Origin: Eledone cirrhosa
Taxonomy: Eukaryota
Reading direction: 5' to 3'
NCBI GenBank assembly: GCA_964016885.1
Contig: CAXHJY010001169.1
Span: forward strand, 1-64,000
Length of the DNA: 64,000 bases
How positions within the stretch are numbered: position 1 is the first letter of the stretch; the number at the start of each line of letters is the position of its first letter. Under the pieces are notes generated by a model. That model made no database searches. It was not told the origin of the DNA and saw only the letters and a list, made by a program, of their open reading frames with translations. The position numbers and the translations under genes are program-made. Shown in pieces: positions 1 through 17,018 of this stretch.

Positions 1-298
1 GTTTATATATATAGTCATAGAAACAAAATGGCGTAGGATAGAAGAAAGAAAAGGCACAGAAACGAAGAAAGGAATCCCCAGTCACTGAAGAGGTCACAGA
101 GTGTGTGACGAAAGGACTATGACTATATATATAAACAACTATCTGGTTGTGGAACCAACCAACCAACCAGAAATTTATAATTTATAAGTTTGTAGATTTG
201 TAAATTTATGAATTTATAAATATATAATAAATTGAAGTGAAAGCAACTGGTGCGTGTGTTTCTTATTGGCAACATGACCCTCCCAAAGTATAACAATA
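1..298 (+). mobile_element. PLE 3' terminal repeat (pLTR-like, family A) with short inverted stub at 1-20
   Basis: Near-identical to 52674-52925 (+) and 16338-16650 (-). Contains an HHR and ends in (TA)n. Bases 1-20 are the reverse complement of ~117-136. Confidence 0.8.
80..124 (+). ncRNA. Minimal type I hammerhead ribozyme (family A)
   Basis: AGTCA-CTGAAGA-G-GTCAC(AGAGTGT)GTGAC-GAAA-GGAC-TA-TGACT: helix I AGUCA/UGACU, helix II GUCAC/GUGAC, CUA cleavage triplet. Confidence 0.8.
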
Positions 299-355
299 TG
301 TATATATATATATATGTATATATATATGTGTATATATATATATATATATGTATGT

Positions 356-388
<33 letters not shown>

Positions 389-442
389 GTGTATATAATA
401 TATATATATATTTATATATAATATATATATATATATATATGT

Positions 443-497
<55 letters not shown>

Positions 498-537
498 GTA
501 TTAAATGTATATATGTATATATATATATGTATATATA

Positions 538-568
<31 letters not shown>

Positions 569-719
569 ATATATGGTTATATATATATTTATATGTATAT
601 ATATATAGATATGTATTTATTATATATATAGTATGTATGTATATATATGTATGTATATATGTATATATATGTTATAGTATATATGATTGTATATATATGT
701 ATATGTATATATGTATATT

Positions 720-758
<39 letters not shown>

Positions 759-1410
759 ATATGTATGTATATATGTATATTATATATAGTATGTATATAT
801 ATATATGTCATATATATATGTTATGTTATATATATATATTGTATATTGTATATATATATATTATATATATATATGTATATTATATGTATGTATTTATTAT
901 ATATATTATATATATATAAAGTGTATATAGTATATATATATGTATATAGTATATATATATTGTATATATTATATATAATATATTATATATAGGTAGTATA
1001 TATATTATGTATATATATATATATAGTATATATATAGTATATATATATATATGTATTTATATATATATATATAGTATGTATATAATATATATTTTTATAT
1101 ATATATATATGTATGTATATATATATATGTATAGTATATATATGTATGTATATATATATGTTGTATATATATATATGTATAATATATATGTATTTATATG
1201 TATATATGTATATATTATTATGTATATATATATATATGTATAATTATATATATGTATATATATGTATATATATATATATGTATATATGTATATATATATA
1301 TATATGTATATATGTATATATATATGTATATATATATATATATGTATATATATGTATATATAGTATATATATATATATATTATAATATTATATATGTATT
1401 ATTATATATG

Positions 1411-1485
<75 letters not shown>

Positions 1486-1515
1486 GTATAATATATATGT
1501 ATATATATATGTATA

Positions 1516-1564
<49 letters not shown>

Positions 1565-1639
1565 TTACATATATACATATATATATACATATATATATAT
1601 AACATACATATATAATATTATACATATATTATATATATA

Positions 1640-1692
<53 letters not shown>

Positions 1693-1705
1693 TATACTAT
1701 ATATG

Positions 1706-1736
<31 letters not shown>

Positions 1737-1795
1737 GTATATATATATATATGTATATATATGTATATGTATATATATATATGTATATATATATG

Positions 1796-1850
<55 letters not shown>

Positions 1851-1888
1851 GTATATATGTATATATATATATGTATATATGTATATAT

Positions 1889-1960
<72 letters not shown>

Positions 1961-1975
1961 GTATATATATATATG

Positions 1976-2026
<51 letters not shown>

Positions 2027-2029
2027 GTA

Positions 2030-2102
<73 letters not shown>

Positions 2103-2150
2103 ATATATATATGTATATATATATATGTGTATTATATATATGTATATATA

Positions 2151-2195
<45 letters not shown>

Positions 2196-2255
2196 ATAAT
2201 ATATGTATATATATATATGTGTATATATATATGTATATATATATATGTATATATA

Positions 2256-2302
<47 letters not shown>

Positions 2303-2319
2303 ATATATATATGTATATA

Positions 2320-2362
<43 letters not shown>

Positions 2363-2549
2363 ATATATATATATATGTATGTATATATATATATGTATAT
2401 ATATATATGTATATATATATATGTATATATATATATGTATATATATATATGTATATATATATATGTATATATATATATGTATATATATGTATGTATACAT
2501 ATATATGTATATGTATATATGTATATATATATATGTATATTTATATATG

Positions 2550-2580
<31 letters not shown>

Positions 2581-2641
2581 GTATGTATATATATATATGT
2601 ATATATATATATGTATATATATATATGTATATTTATATATG

Positions 2642-2672
<31 letters not shown>
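298..2672. repeat. Degenerate (TA)n microsatellite with TG interruptions
   Basis: Seen directly in the sequence. Confidence 0.98.
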
Positions 2673-2673
<1 letters not shown>

Positions 2674-2707
2674 ATTTAACGTATAAAAATCAATACAATA
2701 TAATTAT

Positions 2708-2775
2708 CTCATTACCAGAGGTTTCCCGAATGAGGCGAATACGAAAGAAACGTCTTCATTCGTTCGTCATACGAG
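2708..2775 (-). ncRNA. Hammerhead ribozyme remnant (C3->A), PLE 3' end fragment
   Basis: Minus strand: CTCGT-ATGACGA-A-CGAATGA...TCATTCG-G-GAAA-CC(TCT)GG-TA-ATGAG. Helices I, II and III all pair; core C3 is mutated. Confidence 0.6.
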
Positions 2776-2799
2776 GCAATATAAAACATGGCTAAATAC

Positions 2800-4341
2800 T
2801 TGGAAAGTCTCATCAAGAAAAGCAAAACGTAATGCTTATATCACCCTTAAAGATCACAAACCCGACTTATTAATAGTCCTAGTTGTAGATTAATCAACCC
2901 TGCTAAGACTGATATTGGTCTTGCCAGCAAAAAAATTTTAAATAATATAAATACACACGTTAGAAGTAAGTCTAAATTACTCCAATCGATAAATAGCTCT
3001 TCGTAGTACATTGGTTTAATAATATTAAAAACAAAAATAGTTCTAGATTCACCCAATTTGACATTGTAGATTTCTACCCATCTATCACTCAGACCCTTTT
3101 AGCGAAAGCTTTAAATTTTGCTAGGAGGTTTATTAATATCTCCGATATTGAAGAGAATGTCATCTTGCACGCTAGAACACTCTACTCTTTACTGAAAATG
3201 ACACTTGGGTGAAAATATCTAACCCAGAGAGCCCATTCGATGTCTCATAGGCTCTTACGACAGTGCTGATGTTTGTGATCTGGTCGGCCTATTCCTCCTA
3301 CATACACTTAAAGAAAAATTTCCTAACCATATTTTTGAGCTTTATCGCGACGATGGTCTAATACTTTTCCCATACCACCATAGGCCATAACTTAGATAGA
3401 TTAAGGAAAGATTTAATAAAAACCTTCGCTAGTTTTAATCTTAAAATTACTATTGACACTAACCTTTCCAATGTAGATTTCCTAGATATAAACCTAGATT
3501 TGCCTACTGCTTCTTATAAACCATACCATAAACCTAATGAAAACTTAAAATATATAAATAAAGGCTATTGCCATCCTCCTATAGTTTTTAAAAACCTTAT
3601 CCTTAATATTAGCCGTAGGATCTCCACCCTCTCTTCCTCAGAAGCTATTTTTAATAAGGCATCCCCTACTATAATAAAGCCCTCCAAAATAGCGGTTTTA
3701 GCGAACCGATTAAGTACATACCCAACTATACTAACTCTATTAAACATAAAAACAGGAAAAGAAAAATAATCTGGTTCACACCCCCCTACTCTCAAGCAGT
3801 TAAAACTAACGTAGGCAAAAAATTCCTAGAACTCCTAGATAAACATTTCCTTAGAACACATAAATACTATAAGATCTTTAATAGAAACTGTGTCCCCCTA
3901 TTAAATCCTATATCATCAACAAAAATCACCTAGAGAACATCAAAATTGCTCCTGTAGAATAAAAAGTGAATGCCCATTACAAGGTAAATGCAACACCAAA
4001 GCCATTGTATATGCGGCTAAAGTGACAACCATCAGCAACAACCATCCAGCTACCAGTGAACGATATGTGGGTATGACGCAAGACAAATTCAAAACGCGTT
4101 ATTACTCACATGTCGCATCATTTCGACATCCGGAAACAAGATTTACAACAGCTCTGGCTAGCAGAATATGGGATTTGAAAGACCAAGGTATCCAATATAA
4201 ATTAGATTGGTCAATTTTGAACCAATCTAAAGAATATGCAAGAGGAACGAGAAAATGCACGCTCTGCATAAATGAAAAATATTGGATCTTGCAAAATCTT
4301 AAATCACCAAAGACCTGCCTGAACACAAAGACAGAATTTTC
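2800..4341 (+). pseudogene. Naiad-like Penelope-like element, RT + GIY-YIG endonuclease, frameshifted
   Basis: ITLKDHKPD..CRLINPAKTDIG, FTQFDIVDFYPSI, FDVS*GSYDSADVCDLVG, LYRDDGL, FLDINLDL, CSCRIKSECPLQGKC, YVGMTQDKFKTRYYSH, CTLCINEK, LNTKTE; several frameshifts and stops. Confidence 0.9.
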
Positions 4342-4670
4342 ACCAGTAAAATTCCCGAGATCCATGGACGAGTTCTCTCCAGCGGTCTCTGTCCCTCATT
4401 ATCGCTGCCATGTCCTGCGTCTCCAACAGACCAGTGTCTGTCCTTAGGGCATCAACATACGTCAACCTTGGTCTTCCTCTTCTAGTGTGTCCATGTAGGG
4501 GCTCCCAAAGGAGCACTGAGTGCAATGTCAACTCTGGATGTCGGTGAGCATGTCCAGCTAACCTCAGTTTCCTCTGTGTCACTTTTGAGCTGACTTTTGG
4601 GATGCTCCATACAGCTCTGAGTTTTTCATCCTCAGTGTATACTGATTAATGTTCAGAGCCATCCTCATGT
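4340..4670 (-). mobile_element. RTE-like LINE ORF2 C-terminal fragment
   Basis: MRMALNI...ELYG then RKLRLAGHAHRHPE..LLWEPLHGHTRRGRPRLTYVD..MRDRDRWRELV, typical of the post-RT tail of RTE-type LINEs. Confidence 0.75.
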
Positions 4671-4689
4671 ATATATATATATCCTCATG

Positions 4690-4744
<55 letters not shown>

Positions 4745-4844
4745 GTATATATATATATGTATATATATATATGTATATACATATATATATATATGTATAT
4801 ATATATGTATATACATATATATATATATGTATATATATATATAG

Positions 4845-6125
4845 TAATAATAATAAATTTGAAGACTAAAATCCCAAAAAGGGCTCGATAAGGATAAATA
4901 TATATCAAATCTGATACAGAAAACAGACGCGTTCATTAAAAGGTTGCGTTGGCGTTTCTTTTATTTCGATAATCAGCAAAAAGCAGACAACAAACAGGAT
5001 AAATTTGAGTTTAAAACCTATAATAACCCTCCGTGTAACCCAGCATTGCTACTCTTCGAAAATGATGTCTTGGAACTCATACCGAGTATCAAATTTCGGA
5101 ATAGGAGCAATTCTTCCAGCAGGACCTGAAGAATAGAATTCGTTCTATTAAGGATTCTAATGCCATGCACGCCCATTCCGACAAAACTGGCAAACTATAT
5201 CAAGTGGAGCGCAGTACTTACCATCAACTACTACATAATGCTGTAACTAAGGATTGCCGTAAAACTAATCGGTGCGTCATTAATGAAATCAACGATGCTG
5301 GGTTTAAAATCACCTCTGATCTCAACATCCTGGACCGGACCGAACCTCTGGACCCTATTTCTCCCCTCTTTACCCTGAAGGATCACAAATCCAATTTTCC
5401 GAACAACCCCTCTATTCGGCTTATTAACCCTACGAAGTCCGTTTTAGGTAGACTTAGTAAAACGATTCTTGATAGAATTATACCTGAAATTAGAAGTTTG
5501 GCCCCTCTTGCACTGTGGAACAATTCTTTCGCGGTGATTGATTGGTTCAACGGCATATGCAACAAGGAACATTGCCGTTTTATCCAATTCGACATCAATA
5601 ATTACTACACCTCCATCACTTTACCACTTCTCCTTAGAGCTATCAATTTCGCTAAAACACTCACAGTGGTTACGGATTTCGAAGTTGATGTCATCCTCAA
5701 TGCCCGTAAATCGGTGATTAATTTCGACGACTCTATTTGCATTAAAAAATCTAATAGTACCCCATTCGATGTGAGTATGGGCGCCAGCGATTCTGCGGAG
5801 GTTACTGATCTTATCGGCCTTTTCCTTCTTTTCTCTATCAAGGACGAATTCCCCAACGTGGGCGGTGGTTTGTACTGTGATGATGGTCTTTTGACCATGA
5901 CTAAGTGCGGCCCACGTGCTTGCGACAAGAAAAGAACTCACAGCCTTCTTTAAAGGCTTCAACCTCTCTATACAGGTTGAGGCCAACATCTCGTCGTTAA
6001 TTACCTAGACGTTACCCTCAATTTATCGAATGGCTTGTATTACCCGTATAGAAAGCCGAATGATACGCTTAATTACATAAGTAAGCATTCTAACCATCCT
6101 GCCAGCATAACCAGCAAATTCCACG
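4845..6125 (+). pseudogene. Second Naiad-like PLE fragment (N-terminus + RT), 3' truncated
   Basis: [101 protein letters not shown]. Confidence 0.9.
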
Positions 6126-6379
6126 TCAATAGATGAATACAGGGACACAACATCCATACTACCTATTATGCAGTTTGTTAGGTCCCTAGATAGGTTACCC
6201 CGCCCAGATATACAGTCAATTAAACAGAATTAGGTGTAAAATAAACTAGGAGAAAAGAGAAAAGAGGAAATGGTATATATTTTATCTGGTCATTCTATAG
6301 ACATGTTTTATGATATATAGCTCTGATTATTTAATTTATTAACTTTTCATTGAGCCACAAAGTGACCCGTTGAAAAACA

Positions 6380-7055
<676 letters not shown>

Positions 7056-7145
7056 AGTGAAAAATTGAACGGGAACAAAACAGAGAGGCAGTACGAACAA
7101 AGGTTTATTAATTTCACGCTCTTGAGAGTGGGGTGGTGGTGGGGA

Positions 7146-7180
7146 ACGACGTTTCGGGCATAAGCCCTTCTTCAGGTGAA
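7146..7180 (-). ncRNA. Minimal hammerhead core of Neptune-like PLE
   Basis: CTGAAGA-A-GGGC(TTAT)GCCC-GAAACGTC; helix I is only ~2 bp, so it is possibly decayed. Confidence 0.55.
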
Positions 7181-8356
7181 AAGTGTGTGGGAAGAGAGTT
7201 CAAAGGGTGTGTAGGGGAGTGGTGGAGAGACATATAGCAAAAAGGGGGTGGAGGAAACGGTGCAAATGAAATTAAAAATAAAGGCATGATCAAAGTAAAA
7301 TTAAAATAGGGTAAAACAGGTGGTGGAAGGGTGGAGTGGGGAGAGGGAGACGGGGTGTCCGAGCGGGGAGGGCTGAAGGTGGTGTGTGTGTGTAGGTGTA
7401 CGTGTGTGTGTGTGTGTGTATGTGAAAGCAAGGATTGTGAGAAGAACGGGGTTGCATGTTCAGGAAGAGATGTGTGTGGGGTGGGATGTAGGTCGGAGTG
7501 TGTGTGCGTGTGTGGATAGAGGGGTTGGGAGAGAGGATTCCGGAGGCTGAATGTGTAAATATGTGCTGGTACGCACGTGTGTGTGTTTTGTTTATGCGTG
7601 TTGTGGATGTAGGTGGCGTGTGGGAAAAACATTTTTTTTGGGTGTGTGTCTGGGGTGAGTCGTAAAGGTAATTCCGTAAAAAGATGTGGTGGAATGCTGA
7701 GTAAAATCCTGGGATGCGGTAGATTCTCGGGGTCAAAGTTCACATATGTGTAATCCGTGAAGAGATTGGTCGGAAGAGGGGAGATGTGGGGTGCGCGCGC
7801 AACAGGAAGTGGTCAGAGGGTCAAGGCAGGAGGAGGGTTGTATGTCTGTGTGTGCGGGAGGGGGAGGGGCATAGCAGCAGTAGGGTAGAATGGTAAGTGA
7901 AGAAAGTCGGTGTCAGTGGTGGTAGGGTGTGTAGAGTGGGTGGTGTACGAGGGTGTGTGTGTACGTGTGCGTAGGGTTGGGGGGGTTTTAGTGATGTTAG
8001 TTGCGTGTAGATGTAGAGTGGGTGGTGTAAGTGGGTGTGTGTGTTCGTGTGCTTGGGGTCAGGGGTGTTAGTGATGTTAGTTGCGGGGTGGTGGGGTGGA
8101 TGTGTGGGGGTGGGTTAGTGGTGGCAGTAGGGTGTGTGTTTAGTGTGAGCGCGTGTATATATGTACCGGTGGGTGTGTGCGTGTGATAAGGAGGGGGAGG
8201 AGAAGAAGGGAGGGATGTTAGTATGTTAGTTGGGGAAGGGTGGTCGGATGTGGGCTGGAGGTGTTAGTATTGTTAGTTGTGGGGTGGGCGGTGAGAAGGA
8301 GGGGTGTGTTAGTGGTGTTAGTGGGGGATATGTGTGGGGGGAGGGGGCGGTCGAAG

Positions 8357-10092
8357 GCTAAAGAAATAAGGGTGGGGAGTTCAGGCCGGGGGGAGTGTGG
8401 GTCTGTAGGGTGAAGATGGTTCGTTGTTCGACCCTTAGGAGATTGGCGGGTGTTCCGTGGCATTGGAGTAGGCTACAGACGGTGAGGCGGTGTGCGGAAT
8501 GTCCAGGGGCACCAAAGTGGCGGGCGATGGGGGAACTACCACCGAGACGAATATCCCGGAGGTGCTCAGTAAATCTGTCCGCCAGGCGACGTCCAGTCTG
8601 TCCGACGTAAGTCCCCCACTAACAGCGAAGTCCGTAGACTAGGTTGGAGGAGGTGCAGCAGAAGGCATGCCGGACAGAGAGAGAGTGGCCGTTGGGACCC
8701 TGGAAGGTGGTGGTGTTGGTGATGTGGGGACAAGTGTTGCAGCGGGGCCTAGAACAGGGAAAGGAACCGGGGGGGGGCGTGGGGGGGAGCTCTGTAGAGG
8801 AGGGTGCGGAGATTGCGTGCGCGTTTGAAGGAGGGGAGTGGTGGGGCTGGGAAGATGTGGGAGGTGGAGGGGTCGGACTGGAGGCGTCGGAAGAGGCGGC
8901 GGATGGTGCGGTGGAGGGGTAAGATGGAGGGGTGGTAGGTGATGGGGTAGGGGAGACGGTGGGTGGGTGTGCGGTGGAGTGGGGTGAGGGTGGTGGAGCG
9001 GTGGACAGCACGTGCGCGGGTGAGAGCGGTGTGGACGAGAGAGGGAGGGTAACCTCTGCGGATGAAATGGCTGACTAGGGAAAGGGCCTGGGACTCAAAG
9101 TCAGCATCTCGGCTACAAAGGCGGCGGATCCTGAGGAGTTGGGAGTAGGGAATAGAGTGTTTAGTGTGTGGGGGGTGGGAAGAGGTGAAGTCGAGGTAGG
9201 AGTGGGAGTCGGTAGGTTTGAAGAAGGCGGAGGTGACGAGGGAGTGGTGGGAGGGGTTGAAGGCGACGGAGATGTCTAAGAAGTGGACGTGAATGGTGGA
9301 GATAGAGGTGGTGAAGTGGAGGGAGGGGTGGAAGGAGCAGAAGAAGGAGAGAAAGGAGTCGAGCTGTTCTCGGGTGAGGGTCGTGGCTCCGATACAGTCG
9401 TCGATGTAACTACCATACAGTTCGGGCGTGGGGCCGGTGTACTGGGAAAAGATTTGGGCCTCAACATGGTCAACAAAAAGGTTGGCATAGTTTGGGCCCA
9501 TTCTTGTACCCATGGCTACCCCCGTGACCTGTTGGTAAAACTCACCCGAGAAGGAGAAACAGTTGAGGGTGAGGACCAGCTCGGCGAGGCGAAGGAGGGT
9601 GGGGGTATAGGGGATGGGGGAGGGGCGAAGGTCGAGGTAGTGTTTGAGGGCGCGTAGGTCGTCGGCGTGGGGGATGACGGTATAGAGGGACTTGATGTCT
9701 AGGGTGAAGAGGAAGGGCTGTGGGCCGGGTGGGTAGGTGAAGGAGTCGAAAAGGCGCAGGGCGTGGTTGGTGTCGGAGATGTGGGAGGGGAGGGTGGTGA
9801 CAAGGGGGGCGAGGATGGAGTCGAGAAAGGGGGCGATGAGTTCGGTGGGGCAGTTGCAAGCGGAGACGATGGGGCGGCCGGGGTTGTCGGGTTTGTGGAG
9901 TTTGGGGAGGAAGTAGATGGTGGGGGTGCGGGGGGTGCGGGGGGTGCGGGGGAGCGGACGATGAAATGGGAAACGGTGGGGGGGGGGGGGAGACAAGGTG
10001 TTGGATGGTGGAGGAAACTTGTTGTTGGTAGAGGGGTGTGGGATCGGAGGGTAGAGGGCGGTAGAAGAGGGGGTTACGGAGCTGCCTGAGGG
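8357..10092 (-). pseudogene. PLE reverse transcriptase + Cys-rich linker + GIY-YIG endonuclease (Neptune-like)
   Basis: [79 protein letters not shown]. Then PCSRPRCNTC, CTSSNLVYGLRC*, YVGQTGRRLADRFTEH, PGLN. Frameshifts fall at poly-G runs. Confidence 0.92.
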
Positions 10093-11158
<1,066 letters not shown>

Positions 11159-11160
<2 letters not shown>

Positions 11161-11975
11161 AATTGTTAAAAAAATAATGAATAAACAAAGAAACAGTTCC
11201 TTATATTAAACAAAAAAAGTTCATTATTTTACGATCGTTTCTAGGACATATATGTGTTAGAATTGGTATGCATATTCAAAAGATCTATGTACAAAATTAT
11301 ACAAACTATCAGAGAGAATATTCATACCTTCACATATATATGCTGTCTTCAGAAATAATGATGCTTGTTTATTGATAATAACAACAATTCAAAATAATAG
11401 GTCTGTTTGGGAACACATCTTGAATAGACCAATGAAATAAGGATTGAGATACATAAAAATTTATCAAGAAAATACAGTTAGGTGTGTGTATATGTATGTA
11501 AACACGCTCACAGATGTGCATAAAATCATGTAAATATATGTAATTATTTTTAATTTAGTTATGCTATAATTAATACTCTACTACTGTTTAACTTCAAAAT
11601 TCCGCTTTAAATATTATAAACCTAATTAGTATACACCTTAGAAATTAATATATTAACTATTTTTATTTTAGTTAACCTATAATTAATATTCTACTTATAT
11701 TAAAATACATAATTTGGCCTTCCTTCTTACAAATACCATTTCCTAAAACTGATACCACTAAGTAAACACATATAATGATTTAACTGCAGATTAGTATTCT
11801 ATATTCCTTGAAACCTATATATTTACTATTTCCCACTAATAAATTTAATCCCCCCCTCCCCAGTAATTATATGTATTTGTAAGCGTGGATGTGTGTATGT
11901 GTATGTAAGTATGTATGTATGTTTGTGTGTTTATATGTGAGTATAAAAATACATGTGTGCGCATATATGTGTATA

Positions 11976-12036
<61 letters not shown>

Positions 12037-12169
12037 GTATGTGTAGAGATGTGTGTATGTATGTGTATATATGTGTATATGTGTCTGACTGTGTATATAT
12101 GTGTGTGTATGTCTCTATATATATGTATGTCTGAGTGTGTGTGTGTGGTTGTGTATATATACATGGGTA

Positions 12170-12223
<54 letters not shown>

Positions 12224-12672
12224 TGTATATTTATATGTATGGGTATATGTTTTACTTATTTTTATGTGTGTGCATACAAACAGGTCAATATGCGTGAGTG
12301 TAAGTATGTGTATGTGTGTGTGTGTACGTATGTATGTATCGAACGTATGGATGTGTAAATGTGCGTGTGTATATAAGCATGTATATTTTATGTCTCTCTT
12401 TTATGTTTTTTTATATTTCTTTTGTGAGACATGCGTGTCTGTGTATGTACGTACCCCCCCTTTTTTTGTCTTTTTTGTCTTCTTTTTTTGAGTTTTTTCC
12501 TTCTATAAAAATTTTTTTTTATTTCTAATTTATTGATACATTTTTATAAGTATGTCGAGATTGACACTTTCCTTTAATTACTATACTCCCTTACCTCTTT
12601 TACTTCCGCATCTAAATGTAAGTGTGTGTGGGCGTGTTTATGTGAGCGCCTCAATATCCATATATTTATAAT

Positions 12673-12710
<38 letters not shown>

Positions 12711-13169
12711 TGTCTGTTGATTATAGACATACAGATACATTAGCCCTAAATTTTTATATTTACATACACTTTTTCAATATACGTATACATATGAGCATAC
12801 ACTTTTATGCACATCTGTGAGCGTATTTACATACATATACACACACCTAACTGTATTTTCTTGATAAATTTTTATGTATCTCAATCCTTATTTCATTGGT
12901 CTATTCAAGATGTGTTCCCAAACAGACCTATTATTTTGAATTGTTGTTATTATCAATAAACAAGCATCATTATTTCTGAAGACAGCATATATATGTGAAG
13001 GTATGTATATTCTCTCTGATAGTTTGTATAATTTTGTACATAGATCTTTTGAATATGCATACCAATTCTAACACATATATGTCCTAGAAACGATCGTAAA
13101 ATAATGAACTTTTTTTGTTTAATATAAGGAACTGTTTCTTTGTTTATTCATTATTTTTTTAATAATTTA
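11159..13169. repeat. Inverted repeat, arms ~365 bp (11159-11525 / 12803-13169) around a ~1.3 kb TG/TA-rich spacer; probable PLE-derived terminus
   Basis: Arms are near-perfect reverse complements and contain GAAACGATCGTA, a palindromic helix-III-like motif. Confidence 0.85.
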
Positions 13170-13301
13170 TCTTGACTCTGTTTTCCGTTTATCTTTCACC
13201 GAAAGTGATTTTTGAATGCATCTCTTCTTTTCATGATATCCGGATTACATTGAGTTCTTCATACGGATTGGACACTACCGTAAACTTTCGGTAGATTTAT
13301 C

Positions 13302-13338
<37 letters not shown>

Positions 13339-13417
13339 AGTTTATGTTGGTTGTATACCAACACCTCAGTATGCAGGCTGGAGCACTCGACGAATGGACA
13401 GTAGCAACACAAGAAGA

Positions 13418-13545
13418 TGTGAACTCCCCTCAAGCTATAGGGACTTCTACAGAACATGAAAACACCTCTCGGCCAGACCTCCCTCAAGCTATATGGGCAA
13501 TTACAACACCCTAGGTTGTGAACTCCCCTCAAGCCATAGGGAACA
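13418..13545 (+). repeat. Short imperfect repeat (CTCCCCTCAAGCTATAGGG x3)
   Basis: Copies start near 13419, 13479 and 13519. Confidence 0.7.
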
Positions 13546-14595
13546 ACCCAGGCGGAGCAGACACCATGATAGCCTAGAGATAGAATCGGACACAGCCATA
13601 ATAATCTGGCCAACTTCTATAACACAAACACTTTTAATTTACCAGATTTCTGACTTTAAAGTTCCAATCTTAAATCTTGATTTCTCTTTATTAATTTGTT
13701 ATTTGTTTTCTGCCCTCTTCACTGTATCACCTTATATTTATTTTAAGTTGAGATAGATTATAACACAAACACATTGAATATCTCATCTTAACATCTTGTA
13801 TCATACCAATCTATCCAACATATTCTGACCTTGAGATTGGTTATAGCACACACACACACACTTTATCCTACATTATTTCTCACTTCTCCATATACATTAT
13901 CATTACCTTTTCACCAATCTCTCATTTACTCTTTATTCTTTATTCTCTATTTATTTATTTATTTTCAAATTACACAAATTATATTAATTATTTTATTTTA
14001 TTATATTATTTATTTATTTTCTGTTTTCTTCATTTATTGCCTTATATTTCTTCATATACATGAAAGACCCCCCCCCCCCACCACCACTACGATGGTGGCG
14101 GGTGGGAGGAAGAGAAAACACAAACAAACTGGATACTTCTAAATTGTTAGCAGCAGCAAGATATAAGCTGACCACTACAACAACAGCAGTACCAAAATAA
14201 TGGTGGAGGTCAAATGTACTGAACAATAGCAGGCAAAAACACTACAGGGAGCCTCACCCCAGAAAGAATTCTATAGACTTCTGACTGAGGAATGCTCTAA
14301 GAACTGAACAATGGGAAGTTTGACACATTTTTTGATATTTTGTTCCTTCAACACCTTGTCCCTTCTACCATTTTATCAATTTTTAAGCTAACTCCAACAA
14401 TAACAACACTTAGAATGAATAACTGACCAATGAGAGGAGAAGGGGACCTGTGACACGAAAATTCGTTTGTTTGAATTCATATGACTCCAGTTCCCCAGTG
14501 AATTAACAACCCAACAAGGAACTAGGCATATCAGAGTATTGACAATATCATACACCTAAACAACATATGTACTTGTCTATACCATACTAATTCAA

Positions 14596-14650
14596 ACTGC
14601 CTGAAGAGGTCACAGCCAAAGATGGCTGTCACTGAAATATATATAGCAGT
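14596..14650 (+). ncRNA. Type I hammerhead ribozyme followed by AATAAA, at the end of a non-coding element abutting (TA)n
   Basis: ACTGC-CTGAAGA-GGTCACAGCC(AAAGAT)GGCTGTCACT-GAAA-TATATA-TA-GCAGT-AATAAA. Confidence 0.85.
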
Positions 14651-14694
14651 AATAAACGAAGCTAAATTTTAATCATTTGACTTTTATTTAACTT

Positions 14695-16337
<1,643 letters not shown>

Positions 16338-17018
16338 TTTCGTTTCTGAATTTCTTTAGCAAGATTTTTTATCTGAAAACGCGTGTTGAAACCGATATTG
16401 TTATACTTTGGGAGGGTCATGTTGCCAATAAGAAACACACCCACCAGTTGCTTTCACTTCAATTTATTATAATAAATTTATAAATTTAGGAATTTATAAA
16501 TTTCTGGTTGGTTGGTTCCACAACCAGATAGTTGTTTATATATTGTCAAAGTTCTTTCGTCACACATTCTGTGACCTCTTCAGTGACTGGGGATTCTTTT
16601 CTTTGTTTTTGTGCCTCTCCTTTGTTCTGCTCTACGCCATTTTGTTTCTGTGTGTGTGTTGTGTGCTCAGTCTGCGCATGCGCCACATGCGGGTGTCTGT
16701 GTGTGTTTATATTTGTTTATTTATTTGTTTATTTACATGTTACCGGTTAGTTGTTTGTTCTATGTGTGTGTGTGTTTTCATTTTGTCCTTAATTGTAAGT
16801 TGTGATGTTGCTGTTCCACTCATATTTTCTATTTAATTTTGGTTGTAATTCTTTTATGTTTATTGCCTCTGTGATTTGTCTAAACATTGCGTCTTTTCTG
16901 TGTGTAGATTCTATTTTTATTTCTGTGCTCTGTAATTTACCCTTATGTTCTATTTTAGCATGTTGGTAGAGTACAGATGATTCTTTACTATCTTGAAGGT
17001 CTCGCCAGTGTTCATTTA
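16338..17018 (-). mobile_element. 3' end of a Nematis-like PLE: GIY-YIG C-terminus (16789-17017) + family A terminal repeat with HHR (16545-16588)
   Basis: Minus-strand translation NEHWRDLQDSKESSVLYQHAKIEHKG...FRQITEAINIKELQPKLNRKYEW* (not in the ORF track), followed by the family A repeat. Confidence 0.75.

Larger units (their letters stand above)
7056..10092 (-). mobile_element. Neptune-like PLE, 5' truncated, with long 3' UTR, flanked by (TA)n
   Basis: RT and GIY-YIG remnants at 8357-10092, a GT-rich UTR, an HHR core near 7145-7180 and AATAAA near 7104-7109 (-). Both ends abut (TA)n. Confidence 0.88.

Noticed and set aside
7114-8463. Pro/His/Thr-rich ORFs downstream of the Neptune-like endonuclease
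   Set aside because: Open by compositional bias of the C/A-rich UTR, with no recognisable domain.
13045-13105. Hammerhead in the 11159-13169 inverted repeat arms
   Set aside because: Only GAAA-CGATCG-TA is clear; there is no convincing CUGANGA or U3-A8 box with a well-formed helix II. It may be decayed.
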